Source: an uncultured Clostridia bacterium
GTDB lineage: Bacteria > Bacillota > Clostridia > TANB77 > CAG-508
NCBI GenBank assembly: GCA_944392805.1
Contig: CALXXZ010000002.1
Span: forward strand, 169,637 to 233,636
DNA: 64,000 nt
Direction of reading: 5' to 3'
Shown: positions 59,251-64,000 of the stretch, one piece after another
Numbering within the stretch: the first letter of the stretch is position 1
How the letters are laid out: the number at the start of each line of letters is the position of its first letter
The notes under the pieces: generated by a model
Database searches by the model: none
What the model was told of the DNA's origin: nothing
What the model saw: the letters and a program-made list of their open reading frames with translations, nothing else
Position numbers and translations under genes: made by a program

Positions 59251-59678
59251 TTTAGCATCCATAATTTTTTACAATAATTACCCAAATAATTATCCATCAT
59301 TGATGATGTTTCATAATCTGATTTATTTTCCGCTTCTTGTTTTATTTTCATTACTTTTTGTTTTAATGTTTGGAAATCTTGTATTATATTTTTTACTATA
59401 TCTAATGTTTTTATTTTTTCATTTTTTGCTTCTTGTATTTCAGAATTTTGTAAAAATTCTTTCATTGTTCCTAAAGGTTGATATCCTTTCATTACAATAA
59501 GTTCTGCTATTTCATCAATTTCTTCTCTCATTTCTTCATAATACTCTTCTAATTTTTCATGTGTTATGAAAAATCCTTTTCCTGTTACATTCCAATGGTA
59601 ATTTTGTAGTTTTACTGTCATTACTTCTAAGTCTGATAAAAATTCATTTAGATTTTTTATGTTCTCTTCCATAATCAT
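59235..59678 (-). CDS. dps: Dps family DNA-binding ferritin-like protein
   Basis: ..LQNYHWNVTGKGFFITHEKLEEYYEEM.. (ferroxidase-centre helices, Dps pattern). Confidence 0.8.
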   Translation of the reverse strand: MIMEENIKNLNEFLSDLEVMTVKLQNYHWNVTGKGFFITHEKLEEYYEEMREEIDEIAELIVMKGYQPLGTMKEFLQNSEIQEAKNEKIKTLDIVKNIIQDFQTLKQKVMKIKQEAENKSDYETSSMMDNYLGNYCKKLWMLNEVIK

Positions 59679-59736
59679 ACCTCTCTTTCAGTTTAATTAT
59701 GTACAGAGTTTTTGGTTTTTATACTTTTTATTTTTA

Positions 59737-60678
59737 TTATTTCATCACACTTCCTACTTCTATTTTATTTCCTCTTAAGAAGTCTTGAATATTCATTTTC
59801 TTTGCATTTTCTCCCTGAATTTCTATAACTTTAATAAGACCATCTTTAGCTTTAATAAATAGACCATCTTTATTATCAACTTTTACAACAGTTCCATTTT
59901 TCTCACCATCAAAAGAATTATCATTAACCACATCAACTTTCCAAAACTTTATTTTTTTATCATTTAAAAAGCTGTATGTTCCCATAATTGGATTTAATCC
60001 TCTGACAAGATTTTTTATTTCTTTTGCTGTTTTATTATCCCAGTCTATTTTTGACATTTCTTTATCTAACATTGGAGCTAAACTAAACTCATCTCCTTGT
60101 GGAATTTTAGGTGCTGTTCCATCTTCTATTTTTTGTAATGTTTCAACAAGTAAATCCGCTCCTATTTTTGATAATCTCTCCCACAATTCTCCTGTTGTTT
60201 CATCATCATCTATTGGAGTTTCTTTTTTTAATATCATATCACCTGTGTCCATTCCAACATCCATATACATTGTCGTAACACCTGTTACTTTGTCTCCATT
60301 TAATACTGCCCATTGAATAGGTGCTGCTCCTCTATATTGTGGTAATAATGAACCATGAACATTTATACAGCCAAAATTAGGTATCTCTAATATTTCTTTT
60401 GGAAGAATTTTTCCATATGCTACTACACATATTACATCTGGTTTTAATTGTCTTATTTCTTCAATAAATTCTTCATTTTTTCTTATCTTTTCTGGTTGGT
60501 ATATTTTTAGATTTTTACTTTCTGCATATTTCTTTACTGGGCTTGCATCTAGTTTCATTCCTCTTCCTTTTGGTCTATCTGGATTTGTTACCACTCCTAT
60601 TATTTCATGTCCTGCATTATATACCGCTTCTAATGATTTTTCTGCAAAATCTGGTGTTCCCATAAATACTATTCTCAT
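59737..60678 (-). CDS. fmt: methionyl-tRNA formyltransferase
   Basis: MRIVFMGTPDFA.., the formyl transferase HGSLLP motif, and a C-terminal domain. Confidence 0.9.
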   Translation of the reverse strand: MRIVFMGTPDFAEKSLEAVYNAGHEIIGVVTNPDRPKGRGMKLDASPVKKYAESKNLKIYQPEKIRKNEEFIEEIRQLKPDVICVVAYGKILPKEILEIPNFGCINVHGSLLPQYRGAAPIQWAVLNGDKVTGVTTMYMDVGMDTGDMILKKETPIDDDETTGELWERLSKIGADLLVETLQKIEDGTAPKIPQGDEFSLAPMLDKEMSKIDWDNKTAKEIKNLVRGLNPIMGTYSFLNDKKIKFWKVDVVNDNSFDGEKNGTVVKVDNKDGLFIKAKDGLIKVIEIQGENAKKMNIQDFLRGNKIEVGSVMK

Positions 60679-61550
60679 TTCTTACCTCCAATTATTATTT
60701 TTGCAATATTAGCAAAATCTTGTATTGTTAATTCTTCTGGTCTTACATTTTCATTTAAATTAAGTTTTTTTAATATTTCAGTTCCTTCTTGTTTACTGAT
60801 AAATACTTTTGAATTAGTTAAAGAGTTTAGTAATGTTTTTCTTCTTTGCAGATATGCACTTTTAATCAGCATAAACATCACTTTCGTATTTTCTATATCT
60901 ACTGGTGGCTCTTTTCTTAAGTTCATTTTTATTACTTCTGAGGTTACTTCTGGTTCAGGTATAAATGAACTATTTGGCACTTCCATTATTTTTTCTGATT
61001 CACAATAATAATATACTGTATATGTTATTGCTCCTATATTTTTTCCTCCAGGAGTTTCTATTAATCTATCTGCTACTTCTTTTTGTATCATTACTGTTAT
61101 ACTTTCTATTTCTAACTTTTCTTCTAATAGCTTCATTATTATTGGTGTAGTTATATAGTATGGTAAATTTGCAACTATTTTTACATTTTTAATTTTTCCT
61201 GTTTCTTTGTTTTCTTTTATTATTTTATTTAACTCTACTTTTAATACATCTTCATTTATTATTTCAAATTTGCTATTACTTGAAAACCTGTCTTCTAAAA
61301 TATTTACCATCTTTGGGTCTAATTCTATACATAATACTTTTCCTGCTTTTTCTAATAAATACTTTGTTAGCGTTCCTAGTCCTGGTCCTATTTCTATTAT
61401 CATATCATCTTGTTCTATATTACTACTTTCTATAATATTTTCTACTACTTCACTATTTATTAAAAAATTTTGACCTAAGCTTTTATTTGCTTTTATGTGG
61501 TATTTTTTCATTAACATTTTTGTTTCTTCTAATATATTTTCCATATTCAT
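60675..61550 (-). CDS. rsmA: 16S rRNA (adenine1518/1519-N6)-dimethyltransferase RsmA/KsgA
   Basis: ..KSLGQNFLIN.. and IEIGPGLGTLT (SAM motif I), 291 aa. Confidence 0.9.
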   Translation of the reverse strand: MNMENILEETKMLMKKYHIKANKSLGQNFLINSEVVENIIESSNIEQDDMIIEIGPGLGTLTKYLLEKAGKVLCIELDPKMVNILEDRFSSNSKFEIINEDVLKVELNKIIKENKETGKIKNVKIVANLPYYITTPIIMKLLEEKLEIESITVMIQKEVADRLIETPGGKNIGAITYTVYYYCESEKIMEVPNSSFIPEPEVTSEVIKMNLRKEPPVDIENTKVMFMLIKSAYLQRRKTLLNSLTNSKVFISKQEGTEILKKLNLNENVRPEELTIQDFANIAKIIIGGKK

Positions 61551-61806
61551 CTTCCTTTACATACTCTATTATACTTGCTTTTAGAACATTTTTCAAGTTT
61601 AGAATCAAATTATTTCATGCATATTTTTTTATAAAATTCTCTTTCAAGTTGTTTTTTACATTTCTCCATTATATCCACATTTTTATTCCAGCTTATTTCT
61701 GCCACCAATAGTGGCAGAATTTCGTTATCTTTGTATTCTACATATAAATTATGCATTCTCCACTGGTTGTATATTAATAAAATATTTTATCTTTAGTCCT
61801 GAGATT

Positions 61807-62169
61807 TTAGACTATTTTCTTTATATGATTTATAAAACATTTACCATTTTTTATAATTATTTCTATAACATCAAATCTAACATCATATTTATATAAGTCA
61901 TTTAACATTAAAAATATCTTTGCAGTCGATTTCATATGTTTCAATTTAGTATTTCCAACTGCCATTGCAGGTGTGCCATATTCTGAAGTAGTTCTAGTTT
62001 TAACCTCAACAAAAACTATTGTATTATTTATAGATGCAATAATATCAATTTCTCCTCTTCTAGTATAAAAATTTGTTTTTAATATATCATATCCATTTTT
62101 TCGTAAATAATCTTGTGCGATTTTTTCTCCTATAATTCCAAACCTTCTTTTATTCATAATCTTCGTCAT
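61807..62169 (-). CDS. yraN: YraN family (UPF0102) endonuclease-like protein
   Basis: ..GEIDIIA....VFVEVKTR.. is the conserved UPF0102 core. It is adjacent to dprA. Confidence 0.8.
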   Translation of the reverse strand: MTKIMNKRRFGIIGEKIAQDYLRKNGYDILKTNFYTRRGEIDIIASINNTIVFVEVKTRTTSEYGTPAMAVGNTKLKHMKSTAKIFLMLNDLYKYDVRFDVIEIIIKNGKCFINHIKKIV

Positions 62170-63022
62170 TCCTTATAAATCTTTGACCAGGCAATTCCAT
62201 AATTTTATTTTCCATAACTAGAAGCATTGTTTTATAATTTACATCACTAACATTTAAGCCAAGTTCAATAGCAATCTGATTTACATTTTTAGGAATGTCA
62301 TCAATTACTTTATAAACATCTATTAGTTCTTCTGAAATATCTAAATAAATGTCCTTTTTCTTAGACTTTCTTTTGGTAAGTTTTATATCATATACATTAA
62401 TAATATCTTCTACATTTCGTACCAAATATGCTCCATTTCTAATAAGTTCATTTGTGACTTTTCCTTTTTTATTATCTAAACTACTTGGTATTGCAAAAAC
62501 AGGCTTTCCTTGTTCTGTTGTATGTCTTGCGGTTATACTTGTACCACTTCTATTTCCAGCTTCTATTATTAATGTTCCTATTCCTAAACCTGCAACAATT
62601 CTATTTCTTTCTCTAAATTTGTCAGAATCTGGTTTAGTATTTTCATCGTATTCACTTATTAATGTTCCACCATTTTTTAATATTTCTTGTGCTAATGGAA
62701 TATTTACCTCTGGATATATGTGATTAAAGCCACATGGTAATACAGCAATCGTCTTTCCTGAATTTTTCAAACATGTTTTATGTGCAATACTGTCTATCCC
62801 AACAGCTAGTCCACTAATTATGGTAAAATCATATTCTACTAAGTTTTTAGTAAATGTTTTGCACATTTTTTCACCATATTGTGTATTTGTTCTTGACCCT
62901 ACAACTGCTATTCCATTATTATTTAATATTTCTATATTTCCTAATACATATAATCTTGATGGCGGTTTATTTATTTGTCTTAATTTTTCTGGATATAATC
63001 TATCACTATATTCAATTATCAT
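62150..63022 (-). CDS. dprA: DNA processing protein DprA (Smf)
   Basis: ..IAVVGSRTNTQYGE.. and ..ISGLAVGIDSIAHK.. (DprA Rossmann-like domain). Confidence 0.85.
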   Translation of the reverse strand: MIIEYSDRLYPEKLRQINKPPSRLYVLGNIEILNNNGIAVVGSRTNTQYGEKMCKTFTKNLVEYDFTIISGLAVGIDSIAHKTCLKNSGKTIAVLPCGFNHIYPEVNIPLAQEILKNGGTLISEYDENTKPDSDKFRERNRIVAGLGIGTLIIEAGNRSGTSITARHTTEQGKPVFAIPSSLDNKKGKVTNELIRNGAYLVRNVEDIINVYDIKLTKRKSKKKDIYLDISEELIDVYKVIDDIPKNVNQIAIELGLNVSDVNYKTMLLVMENKIMELPGQRFIRNDEDYE

Positions 63023-64000
63023 ATCTTCTATCTAAACTCCTATATTGTATTGCTTCTGCAATATGTTTGTATTCTATATCTGTTTTTTGTTCTAAATCTG
63101 CAATTGTTCTAGCAATTTTTAGAATTTTTTCATATGCTCTGACACTTAACTTTAATTTTTTAAATGCTGTTTCTAATATTTCTTCTCCTTTTTCATCTAA
63201 TTTACAATATTTAGTTATTAAGCTATTAGTAAGTTCTGAATTTGAAGCAATATTTTCATTTTTATATCTTTCTCTTTGAATCTCCTTGGCAATATTTACT
63301 CTTTTTCTTATTTCTTCTGATGTTTCACTTTTTGTTTTTGAACTTATTTTTTCATACCTAGGTCTTTTTACTTCTATATGTAGATCTATTCTATCTAATA
63401 ATGGTCCACTTATTTTACTTAAATATCTGTGTATTTCTTGCATAGTACATTTGCATTCTTTTTCTTCATCACCATAATATCCACATGGACATGGATTCAT
63501 ACTTGCAATAAATATAAAGTTACATGGAAATATATAATTTCCATAAATCCTATTTATAGCAATTTCTTTGTTTTCTATTGGCTCTCTTAATGCTTCTAAT
63601 GTATTTCGATTAAATTCTGGTAATTCATCTAAAAATAATACTCCATTATGAGCTAAACTTATTTCTCCTGGTTTTGGATTTCTTCCTCCTCCTATTATTG
63701 TATTTTTTGTAACTGTATGATGTGGCATTCTAAATGGTCTTTCCATTATTAGTCCATCTTTTTTTAATTCTCCTGAAACGCTATATATTTTTGTTGTTTC
63801 CATTGCTTCTTCAAGTGTTAATTCTGGCAGTATCGTATTTAATCTTTTACTCATCATTGTCTTTCCTGTGCCTGGGCTTCCTATCAATAAGCAATTATGA
63901 CCTCCTGTAGCAGTTATTTCTAATGCTCTTTTTACATTTTCTTGTCCTTTTACTTCTGAAAAGTCTAAGTCATATTTTGTTTTGCTTCTTTTTATTTGAG
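63012..64000 (-). CDS. comM: YifB/ComM family Mg-chelatase-like AAA+ ATPase, N-terminal part beyond window end
   Basis: Walker A GSPGTGKTM, Walker B LFLDELPEF and sensor motifs. The frame stays open to nt 64000 (..DFSEVKGQENVKRALEITATGGHNCLLIGSPGTGKT). Confidence 0.8.
   Translation of the reverse strand, partial: QIKRSKTKYDLDFSEVKGQENVKRALEITATGGHNCLLIGSPGTGKTMMSKRLNTILPELTLEEAMETTKIYSVSGELKKDGLIMERPFRMPHHTVTKNTIIGGGRNPKPGEISLAHNGVLFLDELPEFNRNTLEALREPIENKEIAINRIYGNYIFPCNFIFIASMNPCPCGYYGDEEKECKCTMQEIHRYLSKISGPLLDRIDLHIEVKRPRYEKISSKTKSETSEEIRKRVNIAKEIQRERYKNENIASNSELTNSLITKYCKLDEKGEEILETAFKKLKLSVRAYEKILKIARTIADLEQKTDIEYKHIAEAIQYRSLDRRYDN

Noticed and set aside
61690-61725. Hairpin TCTGCCACCAATAGTGGCAGA between rsmA and yraN as a terminator
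   Set aside because: The stem is clear but not followed by a U-run in the minus-strand sense where genes are transcribed, and there is no plus-strand gene to terminate. It is possibly an RNA processing or binding site, but the evidence is insufficient.

Overview
This is a low-GC (~29% GC) Firmicutes-type chromosomal segment, Clostridia/Tissierellia-like, with almost every real gene on the minus strand. The real plus-strand genes are a 5'-partial HD-GYP gene, a hypothetical membrane-anchored protein gene and asnS.

From left to right the window contains:
- A 5'-partial HD-GYP gene.
- The first three dcw genes, mraZ-rsmH-ftsL, with a GTGG direct-repeat MraZ operator upstream.
- Hypothetical membrane proteins.
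- A +1-frameshifted cysteine desulfurase.
- A patatin-like phospholipase and a WG-repeat protein.
- asnS.
- A small RayT/IS200-like HUH transposase, flanked by tandem REP-like hairpin repeats in inverted orientation, inserted at the convergent 3' ends of asnS and a 2665-aa gene.
- That 2665-aa gene, a cyclic beta-1,2-glucan synthase-like protein (GT84 + GH94 architecture).
- recD2.
- A GC-anomalous SleB-like cell-wall hydrolase gene.
- metK with an S-box (SAM-I) riboswitch.
- A complete S10-spc-alpha ribosomal super-operon running rpsJ to rplQ, including secY-adk-map-infA-rpmJ and rpoA, with no rpmD.
- An operon of a secreted protein, an attenuator, an ABC ATPase and an FtsX-type permease.
- A divergent SecD/SecF-like pair.
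- Small housekeeping genes: HD hydrolase, birA-like, rhodanese, ferredoxin, ricT, holB, lepB.
- An orphan histidine kinase fused onto the end of a second dcw fragment, murE-mraY-ftsW-murG.
- A cassette flanked by ~90-bp direct repeats that carries a prepilin-like N-terminus fused to an FGE-sulfatase/SUMF1-like domain, with a GC-rich 3' tail.
- dps, fmt, rsmA, yraN, dprA and a 5'-truncated comM.

No rRNA, tRNA or CRISPR array was found. The most unusual loci are the REP/RayT element, the pilin-FGE cassette with duplicated dps terminator, the giant glucan-synthase-like gene and the secreted-protein/ABC operon.
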